The notes below the pieces were generated by a model. That model saw nothing but the letters and a program-made list of their open reading frames with translations, had not been told where the DNA came from and ran no database searches. Positions 29,810 through 39,741 of a DNA stretch of 50,663 nucleotides are shown in pieces. The translations under genes were made by a program, and so were the position numbers. Numbering within the stretch: position 1 is the stretch's first letter; each line of letters begins with the position of its first letter. The DNA lies in NCBI GenBank assembly GCA_039807765.1, contig JBDHRU010000001.1, forward strand, positions 1 through 50,663. Direction: 5' to 3'. Source of the DNA: Nitrosomonas sp. Its GTDB lineage: Bacteria > Pseudomonadota > Gammaproteobacteria > Burkholderiales > Nitrosomonadaceae.

Positions 29810-30119
29810 TCATAGATAGTCCTCTCTCAACAATTCCAGTACCGGCAGCAGCGCTGGAATATCATCTTGGATAATGCTCCACAGGGTATCGTTGTCGATA
29901 CCGAGGTAGCCGTGAATCAGCCGGTTACGTGTAGCAATGATCATACGCCAGGGTACTTCAGGATGTTTTGCTCGTATATTATCCGGAGCATGCGTTGCCG
30001 CTTCGCCGATAAGCTTCCAAGTTGCGCAAAGTTGCACCATAGTTTAGTCCGCTTGTTACAAAAGCAGCTTGATTCAAGCCGTCGCTATAAGCAAGCACCT
30101 TGTGGGCGAAGCCGATCAA
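29810..30119 (-). pseudogene. HepT/DUF86 (HEPN) ribonuclease toxin, frameshifted and 5'-truncated
   Basis: LIGFAHKVLAYSDGLNQAAFVTSGLNYGATLRNLE in one frame, an extra base near 30014, then LIGEAATH...PWRMIIATRNRLIHGY in the next frame. Confidence 0.85.
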
Positions 30120-30291
30120 GTTACACAAACCGAATACGCGCAATCAAACCATCCTTGCTAATTCAAACCGTTTCTTGCGGCGTAAGCGCTTGCTCTATTG
30201 CTGCAAGAAAATTTCTGTGATCTGTGATCGTGATAAAATCTTCATCACTGTTAGAGATTAAAATTTTGCTTGGATTTACCCACTTCCTGCC

Positions 30292-31803
30292 ATGAAAAAC
30301 AATTACCTTGAAAGAATACTGACCGCGCAGGTTTACGACGTCGCGATCGAGAGTCCGCTGGATCTGGTCGCCAATTTGTCGGGGCGTATTCATAATCAGG
30401 TGTTGTTGAAACGGGAGGATTTGCAGCAGGTTTTTTCGTTCAAGTTGCGCGGCGCGTACAACAAGATGATCAAGTTGCCGCCCGCGGTGCGCAATCGCGG
30501 CGTGATCGCCGCTTCCGCCGGAAACCATGCGCAGGGTGTCGCGCTGGCGGCGAAGAAACTTAATTGCTCCGCCACTATCGTGATGCCGGTCACCACGCCG
30601 CAAATCAAAGTGAATGCGGTGATGGGGCATGGCGCCACGGTCGCATTGCATGGTGATTCGTATAACGATGCCTATGAACATGCAATACAGCTGGCGAAAG
30701 AAGAGCAAGCCACGTTCGTGCACCCGTACGACGATCCGGATGTGATCGCCGGTCAAGGAACGGTCGGCATGGAAATTCTGCGCCAGCATACCGGCGCGAT
30801 TCACGCGATTTTTGTGCCGATTGGCGGCGGCGGGTTGATCGCCGGGATTGCGGCATATGTGAAGCGGCTGTACCCGAAAGTCAAAATCATCGGGGTCGAG
30901 CCGGTCGACGCCGATGCCATGTACCGCTCGCTGCAGAGCGGCCGCCGTATTAAGCTGGCGCAAGTCGGTTTGTTCGCTGATGGTGTGGCGGTTCGGCATG
31001 TCGGCAAGGAAACGTTTCGCTTATGCCGCGAGCTGGTCGACGAGGTCATGTTGGTCGATACCGACGCCATCTGTGCGGCGATCAAGGATGTGTTCGAAGA
31101 TACGCGCACGATTATGGAGCCATCTGGCGCGCTGTCGATCGCCGGTATCAAGGCGTACGTGGCGCGCGAAAAGATTCAGCATAAAACGCTGGTGGCGATC
31201 GCGTCCGGCGCGAATATGAATTTCGACCGCTTGCGCCATATTTCCGAGCGCGCGGAAATCGGTGAACAGCGCGAGGCGGTGATGTCGGTGGCGATTCCGG
31301 AACAACCCGGCAGTTTCAAGAAATTCTGCAACTTGCTCGGCGCCAAAAGCATTACCGAATTCAATTACCGTTACTCCGATTCAAAAGTGGCGCATGTGTT
31401 TGTCGGCGTGTCGGTGCGCAACCAGGAAGAAACGCAGCAACTGATCAAGGAATTAAAGCAGAGCGGTCTGGCCACCGAGGACATGAGCAACAACGAAATG
31501 GCCAAACTGCACGTGCGCCACTTGGTCGGCGGGCATGCGCATGCAGTCAAGAACGAGATCGTGTACCGCTTTGAGTTTCCCGACCGTCCCGGCGCGTTGA
31601 TGAACTTCCTCAACAACATGAGTCACAACTGGAATATCAGCCTATTCCATTATCGCAACCACGGCGCCGATTATGGCCGCGTATTGATCGGCATCCAAGT
31701 GCCGCCGGAAGAGAAATCCGCATTCCGGGCTTTTCTCGACCAGTTGGGTTATCGCTATTGGGACGAAACCAAGAATCCCGCGTATAAATTGTTTCTTGGT
31801 TAA
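30292..31803 (+). CDS. ilvA: Biosynthetic threonine ammonia-lyase
   Basis: KREDLQQVFSFKLRGAYN, ASAGNHAQG, two ACT-like regulatory repeats. Confidence 0.97.
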   Translation: MKNNYLERILTAQVYDVAIESPLDLVANLSGRIHNQVLLKREDLQQVFSFKLRGAYNKMIKLPPAVRNRGVIAASAGNHAQGVALAAKKLNCSATIVMPVTTPQIKVNAVMGHGATVALHGDSYNDAYEHAIQLAKEEQATFVHPYDDPDVIAGQGTVGMEILRQHTGAIHAIFVPIGGGGLIAGIAAYVKRLYPKVKIIGVEPVDADAMYRSLQSGRRIKLAQVGLFADGVAVRHVGKETFRLCRELVDEVMLVDTDAICAAIKDVFEDTRTIMEPSGALSIAGIKAYVAREKIQHKTLVAIASGANMNFDRLRHISERAEIGEQREAVMSVAIPEQPGSFKKFCNLLGAKSITEFNYRYSDSKVAHVFVGVSVRNQEETQQLIKELKQSGLATEDMSNNEMAKLHVRHLVGGHAHAVKNEIVYRFEFPDRPGALMNFLNNMSHNWNISLFHYRNHGADYGRVLIGIQVPPEEKSAFRAFLDQLGYRYWDETKNPAYKLFLG

Positions 31804-31999
31804 TCCGGCCAAGATTGCAGGACCGAGCGCAGTCGTTTTTCAGTATTTTCCTAAAAGACCTCGTTTTATAGGTTTTATTCTACCTTTGATCACATCCGTT
31901 GGCGGTTAAGCTATCATTCGATATTCGATCTATCGGATACCGTTTGTCTTTGAAAATAGAAGATATTCGGAAGAGACTGACTTAAAGCGGGAGAGCAAG

Positions 32000-34108
32000 A
32001 TGGCAAGCAATTTTTCTAAACTTGAGTTGATAACCGATTTGGCTGTGATGGGTAAAAAATTACCGGTGATTGCAGCACCGGTGCGGAGGAATGTTCCTAG
32101 AAGCATTTCCCTACTCAGCAATAGCTGGGTGCTGGGCGGTCTTGTGATGTTTTTTTCCGCGCTATTGTTGCTGACAGCGGTGATCGGTACGCAGCAAGCC
32201 AGGCGCGGCGCAATTTATTCGGAACTCTCCGCGCAGTTGCAGATTCACCATGAACGCATCGCCAATACTGCGCAGACGGCCCTGCTGGGCGATGCAGCGG
32301 CATTTGCGCAATTACAGGATAGCCGTAATCAATTCAATCATGTCATGATGCTGTTGTTGGAGGGCGGCTCGTATCGTGACATGGCAGTAGCGGCAGTGGA
32401 TGAAGAATTATTGCCAAGTGTGCATGCGTACGCCAAGCACTGGCAGCTTGAGGACGACAAGATCAGTTTGATTCTAAATCAGCAGGAATCTCTGCTGCGG
32501 CTCAATGGCAGCATCCGGGCGATCCATATCGCACATAGCCAATTGATGCGGCGCATCGAAGAGCTTGCCAGGCGCCTGGCGGAAGCGGGCAATCTGCCGC
32601 AAGAAGCACGTGCGGTGGAAGCGATCAAATTGCATGCGCGCAGCATTGCCAAGAATGTCAAAACGCTGCTGCCTATTGAATTGCCAATGGCGGAGATTAC
32701 GGCGCAACTTTCCCAGGATCACGCGCAGATTGCAACCATGATTCAGACGTTAGGGCAAGGGCATAACGGTCTTGGCGCGGTTTCCAGCAAGAACGAAGCA
32801 ATTCAGGATTTGCTGTCGCACGTGTATGCGCAACTAAGAAAATTCGACGATCATTTGCACATCATCCGCAAGGAAATTCCCGCAGCGGCGGCCGTTGAAT
32901 CAGCCGTCGCTGAGATCGTGAATGGCAGTCCTGCCATGCTGAATAGGGTTCGGGCGCTGGACGATGAGATGCAGCAACAACGCAGCCATAGCGCAGCGCA
33001 ACTTAACACATTGATGATCGTTTTTGGCGCATGTGCGCTGCTGGCGTCGATTTTTCTGCTGCGAGCAGTGCGCCGCAATGCTTATTACCAGGATCTGGTC
33101 AGCCGCAACGAAGTCGAAAAGACACAAAAAGCCATTGTGACATTGCTGGATGACATGAAAAAAATTGCCGATGGCGATTTGACCGTGCGCACCGACATCA
33201 ACAATCACATGACGAGCGCGATTGCCGATGCCATCAATAGTACTATCGAAGAGCTGCATACCCTGGTGGAGCAGGTCAACCAAGCAGGTGCATTGGTGGT
33301 GCAATCATCGCATCAGGCACAGCAAGTGTCATCCGGATTGTTGAGCGCAGCCGAGCAGCAGACGGTAAAAATAGAACAGACTACGCTCGCCGTTGTCGGT
33401 ATGACCGAGTCGATCGGCGAAGTATCGGATAGAGCGACGGAGTCAGCTAAGGTTGCCAAGCAGTCGCTTGCGGCTGCGGAAAAGGGGTCATTGGCAGTAC
33501 GCGAATCGATTGCCGGAATGAACGAGATCCGCACGCATATCCAGGATACATCGAAGCGGATCAAGCGGCTGGGCGAGAGTTCACAGGAAATCGGAGAGAT
33601 TGTTACTTTGATTACCGGAATTACCGACCAAACCAATGTGCTGGCGCTGAATGCTGCATTGCAAGCGACTGCTGCCGGTGAGGCAGGGTACGGCGGATTT
33701 ACCATGATTGCACAAGAAGTGCAGCGTCTGGCGGAGCGATCGACGGAGGCCAGCAAACAGATCAGCGAATTGATTGTTACCATCCAGGGTGATACACAGG
33801 ATGCCATTGCGGCGATGGAGCGCAGTACGCTCGGTGTGGCAAAAGGGACGCAACGTTCTGATGCGGCTGGACGGGCGCTGGAGGAAATCGAACAAGTGTC
33901 GAAGCAACTGGCGCAGTTGGTGACGCATATTTTTGAAGTGACCAATACGCAAACGCGGGCAGCGCATCAAGTGGTTGCCAATATGGAAGAAATTCTTCAT
34001 ATTACCCGGCAGACAACGCAAGGGACGCTGAAAACCACAGGATCGATCAAACAGATCGCGGGTTTTGCATCCGAGCTGAAAGCGTCGGTTTCCAATTTTA
34101 AGGTGTGA
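32000..34108 (+). CDS. Methyl-accepting chemotaxis protein, PilJ-like
   Basis: Two TMs, HAMP (IADGDLTV), IQDTSKRIKRLGESSQEIGEIV as in PilJ-type signalling domains; start may lie further downstream. Confidence 0.9.
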   Translation: MASNFSKLELITDLAVMGKKLPVIAAPVRRNVPRSISLLSNSWVLGGLVMFFSALLLLTAVIGTQQARRGAIYSELSAQLQIHHERIANTAQTALLGDAAAFAQLQDSRNQFNHVMMLLLEGGSYRDMAVAAVDEELLPSVHAYAKHWQLEDDKISLILNQQESLLRLNGSIRAIHIAHSQLMRRIEELARRLAEAGNLPQEARAVEAIKLHARSIAKNVKTLLPIELPMAEITAQLSQDHAQIATMIQTLGQGHNGLGAVSSKNEAIQDLLSHVYAQLRKFDDHLHIIRKEIPAAAAVESAVAEIVNGSPAMLNRVRALDDEMQQQRSHSAAQLNTLMIVFGACALLASIFLLRAVRRNAYYQDLVSRNEVEKTQKAIVTLLDDMKKIADGDLTVRTDINNHMTSAIADAINSTIEELHTLVEQVNQAGALVVQSSHQAQQVSSGLLSAAEQQTVKIEQTTLAVVGMTESIGEVSDRATESAKVAKQSLAAAEKGSLAVRESIAGMNEIRTHIQDTSKRIKRLGESSQEIGEIVTLITGITDQTNVLALNAALQATAAGEAGYGGFTMIAQEVQRLAERSTEASKQISELIVTIQGDTQDAIAAMERSTLGVAKGTQRSDAAGRALEEIEQVSKQLAQLVTHIFEVTNTQTRAAHQVVANMEEILHITRQTTQGTLKTTGSIKQIAGFASELKASVSNFKV

Positions 34109-34148
34109 CAGCATGGCCGATTTCAATATTGCTGGATGGTACTAACAC

Positions 34149-37100
34149 ATGAACGCGCAACCTAAACTGAATATTGCTTCAATTATCGGCATCAAGGACG
34201 GTATTTACCAAGTCTTTGCGCTGATCGATCAGAATCTGGAAGTGTATGGTCAGCATCCCGATAAGATCAATCTGCTCAGCGATTGCCGCGGTTATATTCA
34301 TCAGTTGGACGGTTTGCTCGAGATGCTGGGATTGACCAGCATCACCATCGTGACCGGAAAAATGGAGCAACTGGTTGAGGCGCTGATCAGCAGGAAAATT
34401 GAACCTGCGCCACCCGTTTTCGATGCGCTGAAACAATCGACTAAAGCGCTGCTGTATTATTTGAATGAATTGATCGATGGCGTGGAAGAGAATCCATTGC
34501 GCTTGTTTCCGGCGTATCGCAACTTGATGCAAGTATACGGTTTTGAGAATGCGCCCGAAAGCGACCTATTCTTCCCCCGCTTGACGGTCACACCGGTATT
34601 GAAAGACGAAGCTGCATCCATGGATGCTGCTGCCGCCAAGGTTCTGGCAAAGCAATTGGGCGCCGAGTATCAAGCCGGTTTGCTAAAGTGGCTGCGCGAT
34701 CCATCGAATCAAGAGGGTTTGCGGCAAATGGCCGCAGTGGCGGACAGGATCGAGGAATTTCCCGGAGCCACTGAAGCGCGCGCTTTCTGGTGGGTGACGG
34801 CCGGTTTTCTGGAAGATTTGCTGCAACTGGACAGCAGCCGGATCGATCTGCCGGTGCGCCGCCTGTGCGGCAAGATCGAGCAAACGATCCGTCATCTGGC
34901 GGCGGGAACATCCGGCAATACATCTGTACTGATGAGAGAGCTGCTGTATCACATTGCGAACAGCGAAGCGGATAGTCCGCGCATCAATGCTATCAAGAAC
35001 AGTTATGCCTGGCCGGGGCAGGTGCAAGACCAGGACGAACCGACGTTTGAGCAATCGGAAGCATTGCGCCCTGTGCTGGACAGATTGCGCGATACGTTGA
35101 TGCAAGCGAATGATATCTGGCGTGAATTCTGCGCCGGGCATCAGGAAAGCCTGGCTTCTTTGCTGGAGTATGTGGACTGGCTCAGCCATCAAGCCCGGCA
35201 GGCCGGTTATGCACCATTGGAAAAATTGACCGATGCCATCGGCGACACGGTCAGCTATTTGCACAAACATCCTCAGGATGCCAGCGAAGAGCTGGCGATG
35301 GAAATGGCCACGGCACTATTGCTGGTGGAAAGCATCATCGATGATTTTCACAAGCTGCCGGCCGATCTGCCGCAGCAGATCGATGTGGCTGTTTCCCGCT
35401 TGCACGGCATCACGCAAGGCAGCATCAGCGATTTGCCGCCGGCGCCAACCTTCAAAACGCTGGAAAGCGAAACACAAGGAAAAGAATTGCAGGCGCAAGT
35501 GGCGCAAGAGATCTTGACCAATCTGGCGCAAGTCGAAAGCATCCTGGACAAATTTTTCTTTGAACCCGCGCAGCGGGCGGAATTATCGCTGCTGCCGGAT
35601 TTGTTCAAACAGATTTCCGGTACATTGATCATGCTCGATCTGGAGCGTGCACACACTTTGTTGCACCTTTGCCAGAGCCTGACTGGCAAATTGCAGCCGG
35701 ATTATGACATCACCGGAGCGGAGCAGATTCTGCTGGTCGATGGATTGAGCAGTCTGGGTTTCTATATTGAAGCGCTGCGCAGCGGTCAACCCGAAAGCGA
35801 GCGGATTGTTGATGAAGCCATCGAGCGGTTCCAGAGTGCGCCGGTTCCGCCAAGCGAGTCTTTACCGGTGCCGGAAAGTACTGCGCCGGGTGCTGCCGCC
35901 ATCGTCGCGGAGAAAGAGCCGGTAGCTTTTGCAGCCGCCGGTGCCGGTGCTGATCCGGAGCTACTGGAAATTTTCCTGGAAGAAGCGGACATCGTGCTCG
36001 CCAGCATCGCCGACGATTTACACAAATGCCGTACCGATGCTACCGATCGCGAGCTGCTTGCCAGTTTGCGGCGCGCATTCCATACATTGAAAGGCAGCGG
36101 CCGCATGGTCGGGCTGGAAGAAATGAGCGAAGTGGCTTGGAATCTGGAGCAAGTACTGAATCTTTGGTTGAGTAAAAGAAAACCGGCTTCCAACCAGTTG
36201 CTGGATTTGATCGGCGATACCCATCGGGCATATGACGGGTGGTGCGAAAATCTGCGCGAACAGGGCAGCACCAATATCGATGCGGAAGCGTTGCTGCTGG
36301 CAGCAAAAGAATTGTTAACCCCCAAGGAAGCAGATCAAGAAACAACCGCTCAGCTGCAAACCGAAGCGATCATTTCCGCAATCGTAGAAGAATCGCCGCC
36401 TACCTTGGTCGCACCAGCCGGAACCACGCAGGCATTGCAACCGCCGGAAACTTTACCGTCAGCGACGGGGCCATCCGGCCGGGTTACCCCGGAATTGTTG
36501 CAGGCATTTCTGGAAGAAGCGGACAACATCATCCCGCAAATCGGCGGAAAGTTGCGCGGTTGGCGCATGTTGCCGCAAGACGAGGATATTCATCATGCAT
36601 TACTGCGGCTGTTACACACGCTGAAAGGCGGCGCGCGCATGGCGGGCGTCTTGCCACTCGGTGAGCTGATTCATGCGATGGAAAGCGATGTGGAGTCGGC
36701 TTTTCGTGACCGTTCGATTTCCGATGCTGCATTGGACCAACTGGAAAGCGAATTTGACACGATCAGCGGTAAGATCGAAGCGTTGCAGGATAGCGCGCAT
36801 GTTGCGGCTGAAGAGAATCGATCGGCTGCTGTGACAATCTCCGAGCCGGTGCAACCGTTCGCCGAGACAACCGGATTGCTGCAATCCAAAACGTTGCTGC
36901 GCATTAATTCCGAGTTGATCGACCGTTTGGTTAACGATGCCGGTGAAGCCAGCATACTGCGCGCAAAAATTGAAGCGCAATTGAGTAATTTTAAACAATC
37001 ATTGCAGGATCTATCGGAAAGCACGCATCGCCTGCACGATCAGTTGCGTGAAGTGGAAATTCAGGCGGAAACGCAGATGCAGTCGCATCTCGCGCAGCAG

Positions 37101-38702
37101 CATGACAGTGAACACACGTTCGATCCGCTCGAATTCGACCGTTTTACCCGCTTCCAGGAACTGACGCGGCTGATGGCGGAAAGCGTGGACGATATCGTAA
37201 CCGTGCAGAAGAACCTGCGGTCCACGCAGACCGTCGCTGAAGAAGCGGCTGCGCAACAAGCGGTGATCAATCGTCAGTTGCAGCAATCGCTGTTACAGAT
37301 CCGCACGATACCGTTCAGCAATTATGCCGAACGGTATTACCGCATCGCCCGGCAAGTGGCAGAGGATTTGGGCAAGAAAGTGAATTTCGAAATTCACGGC
37401 GCCGAAGCCGATATCGACCGCAGTGTGCTGGAGAAAATTAATCCGCCGTTGGAGCATTTGCTGCGCAACGCCATCGCGCACGGCATTGAAGAACCGGAGC
37501 AAAGGCTACGGGCGGGCAAGTCCGAGCACGGCCAGGTTGTGATCCAGTTGCGTCAGGAAGGCAACGAAGTCAGTATCATGCTCAGCGACGACGGTTGCGG
37601 CTTGAATTTGCCGCGCATCCGCGAGGAGGCACTGCGCTTGGGGCTGATTCAGGAAAATGAAGTGCTCGACGACAGCAAGATCATGTCGCTGATTTTCACC
37701 CAAGGCCTGTCGACGACCGATTCGGTGACCGGCATTGCCGGCCGCGGTATCGGCCTGGATATCGTCAAGAATGAAATTGCGATGCTGGGCGGGCGCATTG
37801 GTGTGCAATCCGCTGCCGGTCAGGGAACGGCTTTTTCCATTAACTTGCCGCTCACATTATCCGTGGCGCAAACACTGATGGTTCGCACCGGCAAACAAAC
37901 GTACGCGATTCCTGCTTTCATCGTTGAGCATCAACGCGAATTCGATCCGGACACATTACAGAGAATCTACCGGGATCGCCGTGTCACGCTGAATGGTATC
38001 ACCTATCCGTTCTCTCATCTGTCGGATTTACTGGGTGAACTTGGCCATACTCCGGAAACCGTTCGGCATGGCCAGGTTTTATTTTTGCATAGTGGCACCC
38101 AGTATCTGGCAGTGTATGCCGACGAATTGCTCGGTAGCGATGAAGTAGTCGTCAAAAATATGAGCGCACAACTGGCGCAAGCGCCGGGCGTGGAAGGCGC
38201 TACCATCACCGGTGACGGCGAGGTGATTCTGATCCTGAATCCGGTGAAATTGTTGCAGCGTAGCGATGTGCAGAAAGTACTCAATGCACCTGTTACCCAC
38301 CCGGTTCCGGCGCAGTGGAAGAAAACAGCGGTACCGCCAACCATCATGGTGGTGGATGATTCATTGACGGTGCGTAAAGTTACTTGCCGCTTGCTGGAGC
38401 GCGAGGGTTGCGACGTGTTGATTGCGAAAAATGGCGCGGAGGCGGTTGAGATTCTGCAGGAAACCACACCGGATGTCATGCTGATCGACCTGGAAATGCC
38501 GAAAATGAACGGCTTCGAATTGATCAAGAAAGTACGCGCCAAACCGGCAACGGCACACATACCGATTATCATCATCTCGTCCCGGACTGCGGAGAAGCAC
38601 CGCAAAATTGCCAAGGATCTGGGTGTTAACGTGTTTCTCGGCAAGCCTTACAAAGAGGGAGAGTTACTCAATCATTTGTCCGATCTGCTGAGGAAACGTT
38701 GA
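34149..38702 (+). CDS. ChpA-like hybrid CheA kinase (multiple Hpt, HATPase, CheW, REC)
   Basis: Hpt motifs FHTLKGSGRM and LHTLKGGARM; FDPLEFDRF; EHLLRNAIAHGIE, GRGIGLD; C-terminal VVDDS..DLEMP..KP. Confidence 0.92.
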   Translation: MNAQPKLNIASIIGIKDGIYQVFALIDQNLEVYGQHPDKINLLSDCRGYIHQLDGLLEMLGLTSITIVTGKMEQLVEALISRKIEPAPPVFDALKQSTKALLYYLNELIDGVEENPLRLFPAYRNLMQVYGFENAPESDLFFPRLTVTPVLKDEAASMDAAAAKVLAKQLGAEYQAGLLKWLRDPSNQEGLRQMAAVADRIEEFPGATEARAFWWVTAGFLEDLLQLDSSRIDLPVRRLCGKIEQTIRHLAAGTSGNTSVLMRELLYHIANSEADSPRINAIKNSYAWPGQVQDQDEPTFEQSEALRPVLDRLRDTLMQANDIWREFCAGHQESLASLLEYVDWLSHQARQAGYAPLEKLTDAIGDTVSYLHKHPQDASEELAMEMATALLLVESIIDDFHKLPADLPQQIDVAVSRLHGITQGSISDLPPAPTFKTLESETQGKELQAQVAQEILTNLAQVESILDKFFFEPAQRAELSLLPDLFKQISGTLIMLDLERAHTLLHLCQSLTGKLQPDYDITGAEQILLVDGLSSLGFYIEALRSGQPESERIVDEAIERFQSAPVPPSESLPVPESTAPGAAAIVAEKEPVAFAAAGAGADPELLEIFLEEADIVLASIADDLHKCRTDATDRELLASLRRAFHTLKGSGRMVGLEEMSEVAWNLEQVLNLWLSKRKPASNQLLDLIGDTHRAYDGWCENLREQGSTNIDAEALLLAAKELLTPKEADQETTAQLQTEAIISAIVEESPPTLVAPAGTTQALQPPETLPSATGPSGRVTPELLQAFLEEADNIIPQIGGKLRGWRMLPQDEDIHHALLRLLHTLKGGARMAGVLPLGELIHAMESDVESAFRDRSISDAALDQLESEFDTISGKIEALQDSAHVAAEENRSAAVTISEPVQPFAETTGLLQSKTLLRINSELIDRLVNDAGEASILRAKIEAQLSNFKQSLQDLSESTHRLHDQLREVEIQAETQMQSHLAQQHDSEHTFDPLEFDRFTRFQELTRLMAESVDDIVTVQKNLRSTQTVAEEAAAQQAVINRQLQQSLLQIRTIPFSNYAERYYRIARQVAEDLGKKVNFEIHGAEADIDRSVLEKINPPLEHLLRNAIAHGIEEPEQRLRAGKSEHGQVVIQLRQEGNEVSIMLSDDGCGLNLPRIREEALRLGLIQENEVLDDSKIMSLIFTQGLSTTDSVTGIAGRGIGLDIVKNEIAMLGGRIGVQSAAGQGTAFSINLPLTLSVAQTLMVRTGKQTYAIPAFIVEHQREFDPDTLQRIYRDRRVTLNGITYPFSHLSDLLGELGHTPETVRHGQVLFLHSGTQYLAVYADELLGSDEVVVKNMSAQLAQAPGVEGATITGDGEVILILNPVKLLQRSDVQKVLNAPVTHPVPAQWKKTAVPPTIMVVDDSLTVRKVTCRLLEREGCDVLIAKNGAEAVEILQETTPDVMLIDLEMPKMNGFELIKKVRAKPATAHIPIIIISSRTAEKHRKIAKDLGVNVFLGKPYKEGELLNHLSDLLRKR

Positions 38703-38772
38703 TTCATCTCGTCCGTCGAATTGATCAGCGCTCGCTATTTTTGCAGCATTTATGCCCGTTTTGCGGAACTCT

Positions 38773-39741
38773 TCATACGATTCCGCGCATCATTGCAATG
38801 CCGTGAGCGCCCATTTCCTGGGCGATGGATAAGTCTGCCGCATTCAGTCCGCCCAAGGCATAAACCGGTAATGGATAATCGCGGATCAGCGTGGCGAATC
38901 TGCGCCAGCCCACGGGTGTTAGGCCGGGATGGCTGAGTGTAGTCTGCACCGGTCCTAGCACCACAAAATCGAATCCCAGTTGCTTTGCCGCGAAAAGTTC
39001 CTCGGCGTTGTGGCACGATGCAGCGCATAATCCGGCGGCCGGGGTGGGGCGGGATGACAGCGCCAGCAGCTGCGCCGACGTGAAATGCACGCCATCCGCA
39101 CCGGTTTCCCGCGCCAGATCCATGTCGCCATTCATCAGCACTTTGGCTTGATAAGTCCGGGCGAGCGGCAAAACCTGCTGGGCGAAAGCGCGCAATTGAT
39201 CCAGTGACATGTGCTTCTCGCGGATTTGCAGCAAGCGCAAACCGTTTTGCAGTGCTTGCTCAATTTGTTTTAAGGCGGCTGCAACGCCAATTTCGGTGGC
39301 GCGGGTAATGGCATAAACCGGTGGCAGCGACAGCACCTGCAAAATCGGGCCGTTGGCGGGTAGTATCGGGGATACGTCCACCTGCTGCGGCGATTGCCAG
39401 AATAGCCCCTGTTTTTCCCGTGGCGTAGGCTGCCCTTTCCATTCCACCACGCGGAAGAAATGCAATCGCACCGTGGCGTGTGCATAGGGAAAAATACGCG
39501 TGATCCAGGGGGTGGCATGAACGACATGAATGCCGAGTTCTTCCCACAATTCCCGCTCTAGTGTATGGAATAGCGATTCACCGGATTCCACTTTGCCGCC
39601 GGGAAATTCCCAATAACCGGAATAGATTTTGCCGCCAGGCCGCCGTGTCAGTAAAAATTGACCATCCGGCCGCAAAATCACCGCCGCGACGACTTCTACC
39701 ATCGGTGCGGATTCAGCGGCTGAAGCAGTTATGTGATTCAT
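38773..39741 (-). CDS. Nudix (MutT-like) hydrolase fused to a thiamine-phosphate-synthase-like domain
   Basis: Nudix box GGKVESGESLFHTLERELWEELG; C-terminal ADGVHF, ASCHN, PVYALGG; ATGA overlap at 39738-41. Confidence 0.9.
   Translation of the reverse strand: MNHITASAAESAPMVEVVAAVILRPDGQFLLTRRPGGKIYSGYWEFPGGKVESGESLFHTLERELWEELGIHVVHATPWITRIFPYAHATVRLHFFRVVEWKGQPTPREKQGLFWQSPQQVDVSPILPANGPILQVLSLPPVYAITRATEIGVAAALKQIEQALQNGLRLLQIREKHMSLDQLRAFAQQVLPLARTYQAKVLMNGDMDLARETGADGVHFTSAQLLALSSRPTPAAGLCAASCHNAEELFAAKQLGFDFVVLGPVQTTLSHPGLTPVGWRRFATLIRDYPLPVYALGGLNAADLSIAQEMGAHGIAMMRGIV

Noticed and set aside
38773-39741. Nudix plus thiamine-phosphate-synthase-like fusion
   Set aside because: A common fusion near argJ in beta- and gammaproteobacteria; not novel.
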